Source: a virus (taxonomy: Duplodnaviria; Caudoviricetes). From it: a stretch of 64,000 nucleotides of DNA. The notes below the pieces were generated by a model. It was not told the origin of the DNA, did not search any database, and worked only from the letters and a program-made list of their open reading frames with translations. The translations under genes and the position numbers were made by a program. The stretch is taken from the IMG/VR virus record IMGVR_UViG_2522572160_000003; one strand, 5' to 3'. Positions 46,606 to 56,774 of this stretch are shown here, in pieces. Positions within the stretch are counted from its first letter, which is position 1. Each line of letters starts with the position of its first letter.

Positions 46606-47880
46606 CTACGCGGCGTAGCCGGATTGCAGGTTTTTGACTTTGACGATCACGGAGCCATACGTGTCGTCTTCAAGCACGGTCAGGTCGCCAGCTTCGGCCA
46701 TGCGTTTGCCGTTGACGTTCAGGGGCGCCGAAAGCACTCCCAGCCTGGGAAAGATCAGCTCCACCTGAAACTTGTGGGGATCGTCGTAAACATCGCCCTG
46801 GCAAAGCAGATGCAGGCCGATGGTTTCGTTTGCGTCCATGTATTGCTGGACTATGTATTCCCGGAATTCCCTATCCAGCTTGACGGCCTGGGTGCGGCCT
46901 TCCCGGAAAGCCCGGGAGGCGTAGGCGTCCGCCGCGCCCGGCACGAATTCCACGGCCAGGTTGTTTTGCAGGGACCATTCAATGGAGTTGATTTCGGCGT
47001 CCAGGGTGCGGCCTCCCTGGAATGCGGAGCCGTCCCATGCGCCGCCTATGACCACGGCAAGCTGAGACACCCGAAGCGGGGATTCAGACACCCGGGATGG
47101 GAAGGTGCACCAACCGGCCTCGGTGGGCACGTACAGCACCTTGTAATTGACCGTGGCGCCTGCGCCGCCCGGATCGGTGATGGTAATCACGGCCGGGGTG
47201 GCATCGGACACGGCGGAGAATTCCACCTCGGTCCATTCGCCCGTATCCAGCTCCACCTTGATCTGGTGGACGTTGTCCAGGCGATCCTGGGCCGAAGAGC
47301 CGTGCACGCCGTTGGCGGCCAGGGTCAGGCTTTCGGCGTTGTCCAGGGCTTCTATTGTTTCCTGGATCACGTTGTCCGTGGCCTTGCCCGTCCCCACCAG
47401 GTCCGCGTTGATGCTGACCCAGGAATCCGCCGAAAAATTGGCGGTGATGGACTCCACAAACAGGGAGGCGAACCGGCGCTTTAAAACGCCTGCGAACTTC
47501 TCGGCCCCTGTGAAAGAGGGGTTGCTACGGGCGCCGTCCAGGTCGTTATCAATGGGCGTGATGGTGTGCTGATAGCCGGTCCCGGCCGCAGCCGAAGCGC
47601 ACACGCCCAGGCCGTAGGCGCACAAAAAGGCGAAATGCTGGGGCTGGGCCTTGGGAAATGTGAACGTCGCTTCGGCGGTCCGGCCCAGGTCGTAAATGGT
47701 GTCCGGCTCCTCCTTGCCCGTGAGCTCCTCCGCGTTGCTCTCCCTGCGCGGAGTCAGGTTGATCACATTATCCAGGCCGCACAACAGAGCCAGGTCCAAG
47801 GTTTGCTCGGTGTTGATGGCGGTTTCCGCGTTGGCCGCACTCACGGCGATTGCATTATGTCTGGCCCTCGATGATCTCAT
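46606..47880 (-). CDS. Major tail tube protein (non-contractile type)
   Basis: 424 aa; position before the chaperone and TMP; no sheath gene. Confidence 0.7.
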   Translation of the reverse strand: MRSSRARHNAIAVSAANAETAINTEQTLDLALLCGLDNVINLTPRRESNAEELTGKEEPDTIYDLGRTAEATFTFPKAQPQHFAFLCAYGLGVCASAAAGTGYQHTITPIDNDLDGARSNPSFTGAEKFAGVLKRRFASLFVESITANFSADSWVSINADLVGTGKATDNVIQETIEALDNAESLTLAANGVHGSSAQDRLDNVHQIKVELDTGEWTEVEFSAVSDATPAVITITDPGGAGATVNYKVLYVPTEAGWCTFPSRVSESPLRVSQLAVVIGGAWDGSAFQGGRTLDAEINSIEWSLQNNLAVEFVPGAADAYASRAFREGRTQAVKLDREFREYIVQQYMDANETIGLHLLCQGDVYDDPHKFQVELIFPRLGVLSAPLNVNGKRMAEAGDLTVLEDDTYGSVIVKVKNLQSGYAA

Positions 47881-48311
47881 GGCCTTTCCTCCTCAAAAGT
47901 ATAGGTAAATATAAGTTCCTGCCTTTGCCATTGGGCGGTTTTGGTAAACGCCATTTCGCTGGGCGAGTCGTTGGGGCAAAAGCCGTCGATGCAATTAGCC
48001 AGGCTCAGGCGGTTTTCATCCAGCAATGCCTGAATCAATCCGGACAAAGCCAAAACGCCCCCGGAGCCCATGACGGCTTTTTCCGGGTCGATCACACGCA
48101 CCCACGGGATAACCATCACGGCCCGGGCCACCTCCACCATGTTTCCCGAAAGCTCCCTGCGGCGCGATCCATGGTCCTTAATCCCGATGGCCGGGCTTTT
48201 GGCCGCTTCGGGCAGGTACAATTCAAACGGCGCTATAAAAATATCCCGGTCCCGGACGTCCGTTAATCCGGCCTTTAAGGCTGTTTGAACCGCTGTTAAA
48301 AGAGATTTCAT
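47877..48311 (-). CDS. Tail completion/terminator protein (Mu gp37-like position)
   Basis: Synteny, size, 'PAIGI' motif. Confidence 0.6.
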   Translation of the reverse strand: MKSLLTAVQTALKAGLTDVRDRDIFIAPFELYLPEAAKSPAIGIKDHGSRRRELSGNMVEVARAVMVIPWVRVIDPEKAVMGSGGVLALSGLIQALLDENRLSLANCIDGFCPNDSPSEMAFTKTAQWQRQELIFTYTFEEERP

Positions 48312-48323
48312 AAGCGATTATTC

Positions 48324-48485
48324 CCGGGGGGAACTTTTTGAAAAAAGTTTCCCCCGGACCCCCTTCAAAAACTTTTTAAACTGGGCCGTCTCCCAGGTTG
48401 CTTTAGCCGATACCCCCCTATTTAAAGTTTTTTGGGGGGAGGGTTTGGGAGGGGGGCTTTTTTTCAAAAAAGGCCCTCTCCCAAG
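48324..48485. repeat. Inverted pair of family-A palindromes
   Basis: CCGGGGGGAACTTTTTGAAAAAAGTTTCCCCCGG...CCCCCTTCAAAAACTTTT and an opposed copy at 48421-48485. Confidence 0.75.
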
Positions 48486-48492
48486 AAATCAG

Positions 48493-48921
48493 TTAAAAAT
48501 TCGCCAAGGTGGTCGCGGTAAAAACGCGATCGTCTTTATCGGTTGTGGACTGAGGCCCGCTTGACGATTGCGGCTCCGGCGCGCTGGCGCCCAGCGTGAC
48601 CTTGCCGGACGAAACATCCCGCAAAAACCGCACGGCGTTGTTGTAGCGTTTTTCCACGTTTTCGGGCGGCCCCATGGAGCGGCGGCCGTACAGGTTGTAT
48701 ATGGCGATGTCCACGCTGATTTTGCGGATCATCCCCGGCGCCGGCGACAGCGGGATGTCGTAGCGTGTGCCGCAGTACGAATCGATTTCCGAATCCGCGT
48801 CCGCGATCGCCCCTGCCAGAACCACGGCGTCCACGGCCCCGGAATCGTCGTCGTCGGTCAGTTGGATCAGGATGTCCTGATCCAACTGTTTTTCAATGTC
48901 CGTTTGGGTGGAGTAGGCCAT
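48493..48921 (-). CDS. Mu gp36/J-like head-tail adaptor (DUF1320)
   Basis: MAYST...AIADADSEIDSY...RY..PL...DIAIYNLY..RY.NAVRFL. Confidence 0.88.
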   Translation of the reverse strand: MAYSTQTDIEKQLDQDILIQLTDDDDSGAVDAVVLAGAIADADSEIDSYCGTRYDIPLSPAPGMIRKISVDIAIYNLYGRRSMGPPENVEKRYNNAVRFLRDVSSGKVTLGASAPEPQSSSGPQSTTDKDDRVFTATTLANF

Positions 48922-49871
48922 TATCCGAACGCCTCGCTGATCAGGTAAGCCATGTCGGAGCACACGGCCTTTTCCACGATGCTGGTTTCGACCTCGATCA
49001 CTTCGCCGCCGCCGCCGCGATCCTCATCCCGCCAGGTGCGGACTTTGTATCCCTGGGGCGCCGCCATCTGCTTCCAGACGAAAGACTTGCTCCAGGAGAC
49101 GCCTTCCAGCTCCGCATTGGGATCAATGTAAGCCAGCACAATGGACTTGGGCCAGACGTAGCTGAAGCTGGCCGCCTGTTTTTTATTGGCCGTGTTGTAT
49201 TTGGCCGCGCCGATGTGGATGTGTTCCACCCCGAAGATTTCCTTCATGACGTCGATGGTAACCTGGGCCGGTGCGCTGCTGGTGGCGCCGCCCTTGACGA
49301 AGTCCAAAAGCTGGGGATGGCGTTTAAGCACGTCGTATCCGGGCTTGCTCAGGATCATGGTGTTGGGTTCGTAAAAACAAGCGGACTTACCCGTATCGAT
49401 CACGCCGATGGGGTCGGAGTTATCGTAGTCGCTGAGCTGGCTCGTGCCGGAAAGGGTGATCTTGTATGCGGCGCCGAAATTGGCCGCCGTGGTGGCGAAG
49501 TTCTTCACCCGGATCTCGCGATCCAACAGGATGAGGTCCGTCACGGTTTCCGTGGTTTTGGTCCTGGGCCTTAAGGGCATGTCGGAGTTGGCCACCACGG
49601 AGTCCGGGAGAAAGCTCTTAAGGGCCTTATCGTTGCAGGAGTATTCCGCCTGAGACACGTTCCAATCCACTTCATTGGCGGAATCCTTGGGGCCGCGATC
49701 GGTCTTGGCCGGGGTGAAGCGATCCTTTTTGTCATAGACAAAATACTTGTCGCTTTTCTTGGGCACCAACACCATGGGACAAACCCCGTCCGCGATGAAC
49801 TTTCTGTTTCTGTATTCCACGGCGACGTTGGATAATACCGAATCGACATGGACGTTTTGCACTGCTGGCAT
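48921..49871 (-). CDS. Major capsid protein
   Basis: VDSVLSNVAVEYRN..FIAD.VCP; PNTMIL; 316 aa. Confidence 0.88.
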   Translation of the reverse strand: MPAVQNVHVDSVLSNVAVEYRNRKFIADGVCPMVLVPKKSDKYFVYDKKDRFTPAKTDRGPKDSANEVDWNVSQAEYSCNDKALKSFLPDSVVANSDMPLRPRTKTTETVTDLILLDREIRVKNFATTAANFGAAYKITLSGTSQLSDYDNSDPIGVIDTGKSACFYEPNTMILSKPGYDVLKRHPQLLDFVKGGATSSAPAQVTIDVMKEIFGVEHIHIGAAKYNTANKKQAASFSYVWPKSIVLAYIDPNAELEGVSWSKSFVWKQMAAPQGYKVRTWRDEDRGGGGEVIEVETSIVEKAVCSDMAYLISEAFG

Positions 49872-49903
49872 AGTTCGCCTCCTTTTATTGGGTCAGTAGG
49901 TGG

Positions 49904-50311
49904 TTATTCTGCGTCAACGCCCAGGTAACGAGGCCCAAGCAGCTTGACTTCGATCAGGTCGCCGTCCGCCGTGGAGGGCTCCAGGGCGATGCAGAAATAC
50001 TGCGCGTTGTCCGTGGTCACCTTGACGCCATGGTAGTTGCTGTTGGAGCCCAGGGGATCGCCTGCGGCGATGTTCACGCTGTTTCCGTCCACCACAAGCA
50101 GGCTGGTGCCTTCGGTCGCGATTTCGGCGACTTCGCCCTGGGCTTCGGGAGCGTTTTGCAAGACGCCCAGGACCGTGGTCCCGGCCGAAGAATCGCCGTA
50201 GTCGAACTCTTCGTCGCTTGCGATGGCGGCCGCGTGATACTGATTGTCGGAAAGATCCCGGGCCGCTGGCCTGCTTATGGTTCCTGCCGGTTTGGATTGT
50301 ACGCCTGCCAT
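49904..50311 (-). CDS. Capsid cement/decoration protein (DUF2190-like)
   Basis: LGVLQNAP...G.A, IALEPSTADGDLIEV. Confidence 0.75.
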   Translation of the reverse strand: MAGVQSKPAGTISRPAARDLSDNQYHAAAIASDEEFDYGDSSAGTTVLGVLQNAPEAQGEVAEIATEGTSLLVVDGNSVNIAAGDPLGSNSNYHGVKVTTDNAQYFCIALEPSTADGDLIEVKLLGPRYLGVDAE

Positions 50312-50346
50312 AATTCACCTCCGTGTTTGCAAGTTTTAGGGCGGAC

Positions 50347-51525
50347 TTATTTGACCAGCCCGGGGTTTTCCTTGGCGACTTCCAGCAGGGCCTCGCTAAA
50401 GGAGATTCCATCTTCCTTGGCCCGCTTCCTGGCCATGGCCGCGATCTTTTCGTCATCGCCGCCCGGATGCACATCCTTGTCCGGCCCGGCGATTTCGGAG
50501 AAGTCGATGAGCTTGGGCAGATCCGCGAGAAACCCCTGGAACCAATCAGCCGGGGTTTGCTTGGCCTGGCCTTCGGCGAACTCGATCTCGGTTCCGGCGT
50601 CCAGCCCTTCCATGAATTCCTGGATGCCAGCGTCTTTCCATGCCGGGGCGATGGTTCCGTCCTTGATCCCGGCTTCCACAAATGCGGCGATTGCCTTTTT
50701 GCGGGTTTCCTTGGCCTCCTTGGCCTGTTGTTCCGCGAATTCCGCCTCCGCCTGTTCGCGGGCTTCCTTGGCCGCCTTGTCGGCCGCTTCCTTTCGGGCC
50801 TGGTTAATGTCCGCTTCCGAAAAGCTGACTGCGGTTCCTGCGGGTTCGCCTTCGGGCATGTCGTCAACCGCTTTGCCGAAAGCCTCTTTTACTTTGTCTT
50901 TCCAACTCATGGCCTTGCCTCCTGTGTTAGTGGGGTCTGAAAACATCGGTTCATCAAGAGGGGATGCAAGCACTTCCTCGATTTCCCATTCGGGAACGAT
51001 GCCGTCTGCGGCGTCCTTGCCTTCCTTTTCGATGATCCATTCGCGCAATCTTCTAAAAATCCTTGCCAGGGACTTCATTTTGTACGAGTCGATCTCCTGG
51101 CCGAATTCAATGGTTATGGATTCCTGATCCCCGGAAAACTCGATATTTTTGAGCCCCTTGATTGCCGGGGGAACGGCGCCCAAAAAGCCCACGTGCTTTA
51201 AGGAGCCGTCCGGGTAAAAGGAAGCCGAGCGTTTTTTGTACAGGCCCTTTTCCACCAGGTCGGCGAACTCGGGCTGCACCTGGTTGAATGTCGCCTCCAG
51301 GATCTTGGCTCCGTTTTTGTCCACAGCCCGCAGGGCGGACACCCAGCCGAAAGCCGGGGCGTTGGTCTTGGGATGCCCGCACACGATGGGCGGCTCGTGT
51401 TCGGCCAGGTCAAAAGAGGCCACGGCCTTTTCGATGAGCTTGTTCACGTCCTGCTCCCGGCCTTTGCTGTCCCGGTGAGTTCCCCCCCTGGCTATTTCCA
51501 CCCAACCGCTTAATCCCTTTTTCAT
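50347..51525 (-). CDS. Mu I-like prohead protease / scaffold
   Basis: WVEI.R.GTH.D, PIVCGHP, PAFGWV, YKKRSASFY, LKHVGFLGAVPPAIKGL. Confidence 0.9.
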   Translation of the reverse strand: MKKGLSGWVEIARGGTHRDSKGREQDVNKLIEKAVASFDLAEHEPPIVCGHPKTNAPAFGWVSALRAVDKNGAKILEATFNQVQPEFADLVEKGLYKKRSASFYPDGSLKHVGFLGAVPPAIKGLKNIEFSGDQESITIEFGQEIDSYKMKSLARIFRRLREWIIEKEGKDAADGIVPEWEIEEVLASPLDEPMFSDPTNTGGKAMSWKDKVKEAFGKAVDDMPEGEPAGTAVSFSEADINQARKEAADKAAKEAREQAEAEFAEQQAKEAKETRKKAIAAFVEAGIKDGTIAPAWKDAGIQEFMEGLDAGTEIEFAEGQAKQTPADWFQGFLADLPKLIDFSEIAGPDKDVHPGGDDEKIAAMARKRAKEDGISFSEALLEVAKENPGLVK

Positions 51526-51541
51526 GCCGCCTCTCCTTGCC

Positions 51542-51602
51542 CTCGTTCCCATGCTGTGCGTGGGAATGTTTTCATCTCGTTCCCATGCTGTGCGTGGGAA
51601 TG
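51542..51602. repeat. Two identical 27-bp palindromic repeats (family B)
   Basis: CTCGTTCCCATGCTGTGCGTGGGAATG at 51542 and 51576. Confidence 0.9.
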
Positions 51603-51717
51603 CTTCCCGGCCCGCCTTATTTCGATTCTAAGCCCCCGCATCCTGAACCCGCCCTGTCATGCGGCCGGGCCTTGTTTAAAAAGACACGGGCGTTTTTAAA
51701 CGTGTTCTGAAAGCCCT

Positions 51718-52248
51718 TTAAGCCTGCTCCAGGATGTCCACGAGCGACTCCCTGATTTCGCCCCAATCCTCGGGCTGCACCATCATGAACGGCCGGGCCG
51801 GGATGTCGCCCCATGGCAGGGTTGTTTTCCTGTTGTGCGAACTCACCTTGACGCCGTCCCTGCGGGTGAACGATTTCACCCGGACAACCTTTTGCCCGAA
51901 CTGTCCTTTCCTGGCGCCGAAATGGAGCGTGGCCGCCTTGATGCTGTTGGCCGAAAGCACCACCTTGTCCGGGAAGGCCTGGTAGGAAATGCTCCGCATG
52001 AGTTCCCCGGACCTGACCAGGATCTGGCCGGGCCATTTTTTTTCTGCAATGCGCCGGGAGATGGTGACGTCCGAAAGCCCCTGCCACGCTGGGCGGCCGC
52101 CGACCTCGAAGTTCCGCAGAATGCTTGCGTGGACGATTTCGCCGATGACTTCCATGACCGGCGTCAGATCGCCCAGGCGCTGAAGCAGCTTGCCAAGCAG
52201 GCCAGCGACCTCCGCGTCATCCACGGATATGACCTGATTCACGCCCAT
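51718..52248 (-). CDS. Mu G-like virion morphogenesis protein
   Basis: DLTPVMEVIGE, NFEVGGRPAW..LS, ATLHFG, IPARPFM. Confidence 0.9.
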   Translation of the reverse strand: MGVNQVISVDDAEVAGLLGKLLQRLGDLTPVMEVIGEIVHASILRNFEVGGRPAWQGLSDVTISRRIAEKKWPGQILVRSGELMRSISYQAFPDKVVLSANSIKAATLHFGARKGQFGQKVVRVKSFTRRDGVKVSSHNRKTTLPWGDIPARPFMMVQPEDWGEIRESLVDILEQA

Positions 52249-54486
52249 TTACGCGGCCTCCTTGAAAGGCATGTTCGCCCATCCCGGATCGGGGATGAGA
52301 TACCGGGCGGGCATGGTGTGGCCGGTGGCCGGGTCCACGGGTTCGATCAGGGTGTTGGTGGGGTCCACCGTTTCGACCTTCCACTTGTTGCGGGCGATCT
52401 CCCGGGCGGACACAGCCACGACCGTGCAGCGGCAGTTAAAGCCGTTGGGCGGATACCACTTTTCCCAGACAGGGTGATCCCACCGGAATATCTTGCCGTG
52501 CATGGCCGCGTGCTCCGGCCGGGAGCTTGCGTCCAGGACGGCCATATACCGCCAATAAGGCCGGGCCGCCTTCATGGCCGGGGTGGTCAACTGCCTAAAC
52601 CGCCCGCCCTGATAGCTGACCTGCATGTTCGTGCGCCAGATGGTGTTCACCCGCCAGGGCCTCAATGCCTTGTAGCCCTTGCTTTCAAAAAGGGCCGGCA
52701 TGGCCTTCATGAAATTTTCCAGGGTGGAGCCTTCCTCCATGGCCTTGAGGATTTCGGCCTTGACCATGGCCAGCAAATCGGCGCTGGCCACGCCCGCGAT
52801 GCGGAAAGCCTTGTCCCGGAAGTAGTCCATGGCTTCCTTGAAAGGAGTCCCCGGCCCCCATTCCGCCTCGGAAAAATCGGCCTCGGATTCCACGGATTCA
52901 ACGCCCAGGGCGTCGGCTTCCATCAGGGACGCGGCCAGGGCTTCGGCAATGGATGCGGAGTCCATGGACAGGGAGTCTATTTTGGCGGCCGCCTTCTTGA
53001 GGGAACCGGCCCCACGGACAAACCCGGAAATCTGCCCGAGCCAGGCTTCCATCAGGGACGCGGCTTCCTTCACGCGGGAATCCGCCCTGGCGTCCAGATC
53101 CCGCTGGAAACTTTCCTCCGACAACTCGATCACGGCCTCGGCGAATTCCGCGGCGCCGTTCTGTTTTTCGGCCTCCGCCATAATGCCTTGCATGGCTTCG
53201 GGCGTGATCAGCTCATCGCCGCCCGGCCTTGGCTCCAGGCCCAGGCGATCGCGGGCTTCGTTTTTGCTGATCGTGCCGTACTTGAAGTGGTACTCATACA
53301 AGGGGCTCTGGGCGTCCTTGGCGTTTTCGGGCCTGGGCAGGTTGTAGGTTTCGTACCAGTAATCGTCATCAACCCGGACGCCGATTTCCTTGGTCAGCGT
53401 CTTGTCCCGTTCGGCCAGGGCTTTCAAATCCTGCTCGGGCTCCACCCGGAACCACATCCGGGGATATTCGGTGACGCCGGAATAGTTGTAGTCCACCATC
53501 CAGGGGATGAGGCTTTCGTTCAGGCATTCGGCCAAAAGATCCGCGTCCGCCTTCAGGATGTCCTGGCGGACCGCTTCCTGGGAATCCTCATTGCCCAGCT
53601 TGCCGGGGGTGCCTTCGGTGGATGCGGTCTGGCCCAGGACCGCCTTGGAAATCTGCTTGTCCATGTATTCGCACACGGTTTCATACGTGACCTTGCCGCC
53701 CCGCTTGGCCTCCAGGAATTCCGCCGCCATGCCCTCCGGGATGGTGATGCAGGTTTCGTTTTGGATGGCGTCCAGGGTGGCAAGCAGCTTGTCCTTGGCG
53801 TCCTGGTCGGCGTTGGGCGGGTATTTGCCAACGGCCGTGGGCATGCCGAATTTTTCCAGGAAAACCATCCAGTATTTGATGCCGTGCTTTTTAAACCAGA
53901 CGCTCCACCAGAGCTTTTGGCCCAGGCCCTTGCCGTAAGGCGAGTCGGAATCGCCGTAACAGAAAACCAGGAATTTGCGGTCGGGAACCGGCTCGCCGTC
54001 CATCATGTTTTCCGGGGTGAGAAGCCGCAGCTCCCGTTCGTCGGTAAAGGCGAAGCGGCGCGGGTGCTTGCCGATGATCTTTTTCGGGAGCCATTTGCCG
54101 CCACGGTTGGTCCACATGATTTCTCCCACGCGGAACCCGAAAAGCACGGCCTGCATCAACTCCTGGATGGCCTGGGTGAAGTTAAACCCGCCCAGGGCTT
54201 CCTGGACAAAGTCCGCTATTTCCTGGCCGCGTTCATCATCCGAGCCTGGCCTGACCTCAAGCTCGCACCCGGCAACGGCCAGGGCGCGGGTTTGCAAAAC
54301 GCTGGAGGCGTGGGAGTCGCGGTCCACCTCATCGTACAGCCGGATGCCTTTGCCCCCCGCCTGGGTGCGCAAGACAGGGTCCGGGTTTTCCAAATGCCCG
54401 AACCATCCCGCAAAAAGGTCGATGTCCTTTTTGATGGAGGCTACTTCATTTTTCTCGGGCTTTTTAGTGACTTGTTCCTCTGTCAT
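52249..54486 (-). CDS. Portal protein (DUF935, Mu gp29) fused to a MuF minor head domain
   Basis: FLEKFGMP, ISKAVLGQT portal motifs, then RVNTIWRTN, WRYMAVLD..RPEH, YPPNGFNCRC MuF motifs in one frame. Confidence 0.92.
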   Translation of the reverse strand: MTEEQVTKKPEKNEVASIKKDIDLFAGWFGHLENPDPVLRTQAGGKGIRLYDEVDRDSHASSVLQTRALAVAGCELEVRPGSDDERGQEIADFVQEALGGFNFTQAIQELMQAVLFGFRVGEIMWTNRGGKWLPKKIIGKHPRRFAFTDERELRLLTPENMMDGEPVPDRKFLVFCYGDSDSPYGKGLGQKLWWSVWFKKHGIKYWMVFLEKFGMPTAVGKYPPNADQDAKDKLLATLDAIQNETCITIPEGMAAEFLEAKRGGKVTYETVCEYMDKQISKAVLGQTASTEGTPGKLGNEDSQEAVRQDILKADADLLAECLNESLIPWMVDYNYSGVTEYPRMWFRVEPEQDLKALAERDKTLTKEIGVRVDDDYWYETYNLPRPENAKDAQSPLYEYHFKYGTISKNEARDRLGLEPRPGGDELITPEAMQGIMAEAEKQNGAAEFAEAVIELSEESFQRDLDARADSRVKEAASLMEAWLGQISGFVRGAGSLKKAAAKIDSLSMDSASIAEALAASLMEADALGVESVESEADFSEAEWGPGTPFKEAMDYFRDKAFRIAGVASADLLAMVKAEILKAMEEGSTLENFMKAMPALFESKGYKALRPWRVNTIWRTNMQVSYQGGRFRQLTTPAMKAARPYWRYMAVLDASSRPEHAAMHGKIFRWDHPVWEKWYPPNGFNCRCTVVAVSAREIARNKWKVETVDPTNTLIEPVDPATGHTMPARYLIPDPGWANMPFKEAA

Positions 54487-54489
54487 GGT

Positions 54490-56001
54490 TTACCCCATAA
54501 ACCCGTCCATGCGGGTGGATGCGCGTTTTTTGCCGGTGGAGTTGAAGTCGATTTCCACGCCGTCGATATTCTGGACGGCGTACCAGGCCATGCACCCGGC
54601 TATGGCCGAATCCCCGTGGCGCTGCCCTCCGTCCGAGCCTTTCGTCCGGTAATCGTCCGGCACCTTGGCCACGCCTTTTCTCATCTTTACGGACCGATGA
54701 TCCTCCAGGATGTCCGAGTCCCTGGGGATAAGGATTTCCTTGTCTTCAAAGGCCTTTTTGTATTTGGGCATGGTTTCCTGATACCAGCCCTGGGACGGAC
54801 TAACCATGTGGATGCGTGCGGAGCCGTAGCGCTGCATGGCCACTTCGGCCAGGTATTGGCCGTTGCCCCGTGAGTCCAGGGCGCCGCCCGTAAAACGCGG
54901 CAGCCTGTCCACGATGTAAAAAAGCACATGCCTTTGCTGCTCAAACGGGACGTTTCTCAAGTCCGCAACAAAGGGCGCGTGGTATTTCAGGCCGGGCTGT
55001 TCCTGTAATGGGAAGATGTCGGTCAAGTCGCCTGTCCGGCCGAAGTCCTCTCCAAAGTAGGTTTTCAAGTATGGGTCCAGCCGATCCAAATGCGGCTTAA
55101 GGTTTTCCTCGCACCATTCCCTTGCCGCCTTTTCCCGGACGAATTCATGCTCGTGGACGAAAGAGTCCTTGCACTTCCAGCGATAAACCGGGATGTCCGG
55201 GCTCATGCACGAAAGGACCAAAGTCCGGGCCAGGTAGATATCCGCGCCATGGGCCGGGATCACGAACAATTCCTCGTCTGCGTCGTCGCCGTAATTGTCC
55301 ACAACGTCCTTGCGCCAGGCGTCCTGGCCTTCCTGGGTCCATTCGATGCCGCGCCGCAGGCAAACGCGGCCGTAAAGTCCGTCCGCCAAGGCGTCGTCAA
55401 ATGTGGTGGTGTGGAGGGAATAAGGCTTTTTCCCCGCCTTGATAGCCTCGATCAACTCGTTGAATGGGTTGTCCACGCCGTTATGGGTGGAAATGATAAC
55501 CACGCGGCCGCCCCAAATCAGCATGGCCATGGCGGCCTTGATAAGCCCGGCCAGGTCGTCGTGAAAGGCCGCCTCGTCTATAACGATCTTCCCCTGCTTG
55601 CCGCGCAGGTTGGCGGGCCTGGAGGATAAGGCGACAATCTTGTGCCCGGAATGAAACCGGATGCGAAAGGCCAGGATGCTTTTCTTTTCGTCGGCTTCGT
55701 CGTCAAACAGGAATTCCTCAATCTCCCCGGCCGCCTCGTTGTAAAACCGCGCCCAATCCGCGCAATCCTCTATGAACTCCTGGGCCATGTCCTTGTTGTA
55801 GCCGATGTAAAACACGTCCATGCCATTCTCGGAAGCGGCAAGGAGGGTGTCTTCTCCGGCTTCGCCCCAGGAGGCGCCGATCCGCCTGGATTTCTCCCAC
55901 AGTTTGACCTGGGCCTGATCCTTGGCCCATTCTTGCTGGTAGCCAAGAAACACAGCCGGAGTGCGGTGGGAGCGGTCTTCTTTTCCAGGGTGGCCTTTCA
56001 T
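54490..56001 (-). CDS. Terminase large subunit (Mu gp28-like)
   Basis: EKSRRIGASW, LRGKQG, IDEAAFH, ISTHNG, GEDFGRTGDLT, RHGDSAIA. Confidence 0.95.
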   Translation of the reverse strand: MKGHPGKEDRSHRTPAVFLGYQQEWAKDQAQVKLWEKSRRIGASWGEAGEDTLLAASENGMDVFYIGYNKDMAQEFIEDCADWARFYNEAAGEIEEFLFDDEADEKKSILAFRIRFHSGHKIVALSSRPANLRGKQGKIVIDEAAFHDDLAGLIKAAMAMLIWGGRVVIISTHNGVDNPFNELIEAIKAGKKPYSLHTTTFDDALADGLYGRVCLRRGIEWTQEGQDAWRKDVVDNYGDDADEELFVIPAHGADIYLARTLVLSCMSPDIPVYRWKCKDSFVHEHEFVREKAAREWCEENLKPHLDRLDPYLKTYFGEDFGRTGDLTDIFPLQEQPGLKYHAPFVADLRNVPFEQQRHVLFYIVDRLPRFTGGALDSRGNGQYLAEVAMQRYGSARIHMVSPSQGWYQETMPKYKKAFEDKEILIPRDSDILEDHRSVKMRKGVAKVPDDYRTKGSDGGQRHGDSAIAGCMAWYAVQNIDGVEIDFNSTGKKRASTRMDGFMG

Positions 56002-56525
56002 CAGTTGGCAATCCCCAATATCTTGCGTTTGATTTTGTCGGCAGCGTCATCGGACAGGCCGCTCTTTTTCACGGCGTCCGCCACTTCGCCAGCCACCTTT
56101 TTGACCCGGGCGGCCAGGTCGGCTTTCAACTTTTCCCGGGCCACGGAAGAGGCTTGCAGCTTGGCCACGTCCGAAATCAGCCGGGGAATCTCCAAAATGT
56201 CCGCCTCCCCGGAAACCAGCCCGGCCATGACCTTTTGCAGCATCATCTTGGAGGTGGCTTCCTCCAAGGTCAGGCCTTCGCCCACCTCGGACTTCAAGGC
56301 CTGGGCCTGGTCTTCAAACTGTTTGACGGCCTGATAAGCCTCGAAAAACGTCTTGCCGTACCGGCCCATGGACGAACGGCTGATGTCATGGCCGCGATCC
56401 TTGCAATACTGGCAGGCTTCCTCGTAGGTGGCCCCTTCCAGGAGGATGCGGTGCAGTTCTTCCCGGAGATCCCGGGGAAGCTCCGTCTCGATCCGGGAGC
56501 GTTTCCTGATTTTGGCGTGGCCCAT
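56001..56525 (-). CDS. Mu gp27-like small terminase (DUF3486)
   Basis: RSRIE.ELP, ISRSSMGRYG, GLSDDAADKIKRKILGI. Confidence 0.88.
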   Translation of the reverse strand: MGHAKIRKRSRIETELPRDLREELHRILLEGATYEEACQYCKDRGHDISRSSMGRYGKTFFEAYQAVKQFEDQAQALKSEVGEGLTLEEATSKMMLQKVMAGLVSGEADILEIPRLISDVAKLQASSVAREKLKADLAARVKKVAGEVADAVKKSGLSDDAADKIKRKILGIAN

Positions 56526-56774
56526 TTATTCCAACTCACTTTCCAGGGCGGCGATCTTCCCGCAGGTTTCCAGGTATTCGGCTTTCAGGGAGGCGGCTTC
56601 CGACAAATGAACGGCCGCGCCTTCAATGTCCAATTGCTCGATGGACGTCACCGTGCTGGCGGCCAGGGTGTTTTTGACGGCCCGCAAATTGGCCGCGATC
56701 CGGCCTGCAAGCTCAATCTTTTTGGGTTTCAGGTCGGCGATGTGTCCTTTGATGATGGCCCTTTGCGTATTCAT
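56526..56774 (-). CDS. Hypothetical phage protein
   Basis: Translationally coupled ORF. Confidence 0.7.
   Translation of the reverse strand: MNTQRAIIKGHIADLKPKKIELAGRIAANLRAVKNTLAASTVTSIEQLDIEGAAVHLSEAASLKAEYLETCGKIAALESELE

Noticed and set aside
51542-51602. Mini CRISPR array (two identical 27-bp palindromes)
   Set aside because: The spacer is only 7 nt, the motif is dispersed elsewhere, and there are no cas genes; REP-like.
51835-54873. 1012-aa plus-strand ORF and other long antisense ORFs (39221-40402, 46402-47484, 50030-51127, 57592-58632)
   Set aside because: Shadow frames opposite GC-rich, motif-supported phage genes; no RBS or motifs.
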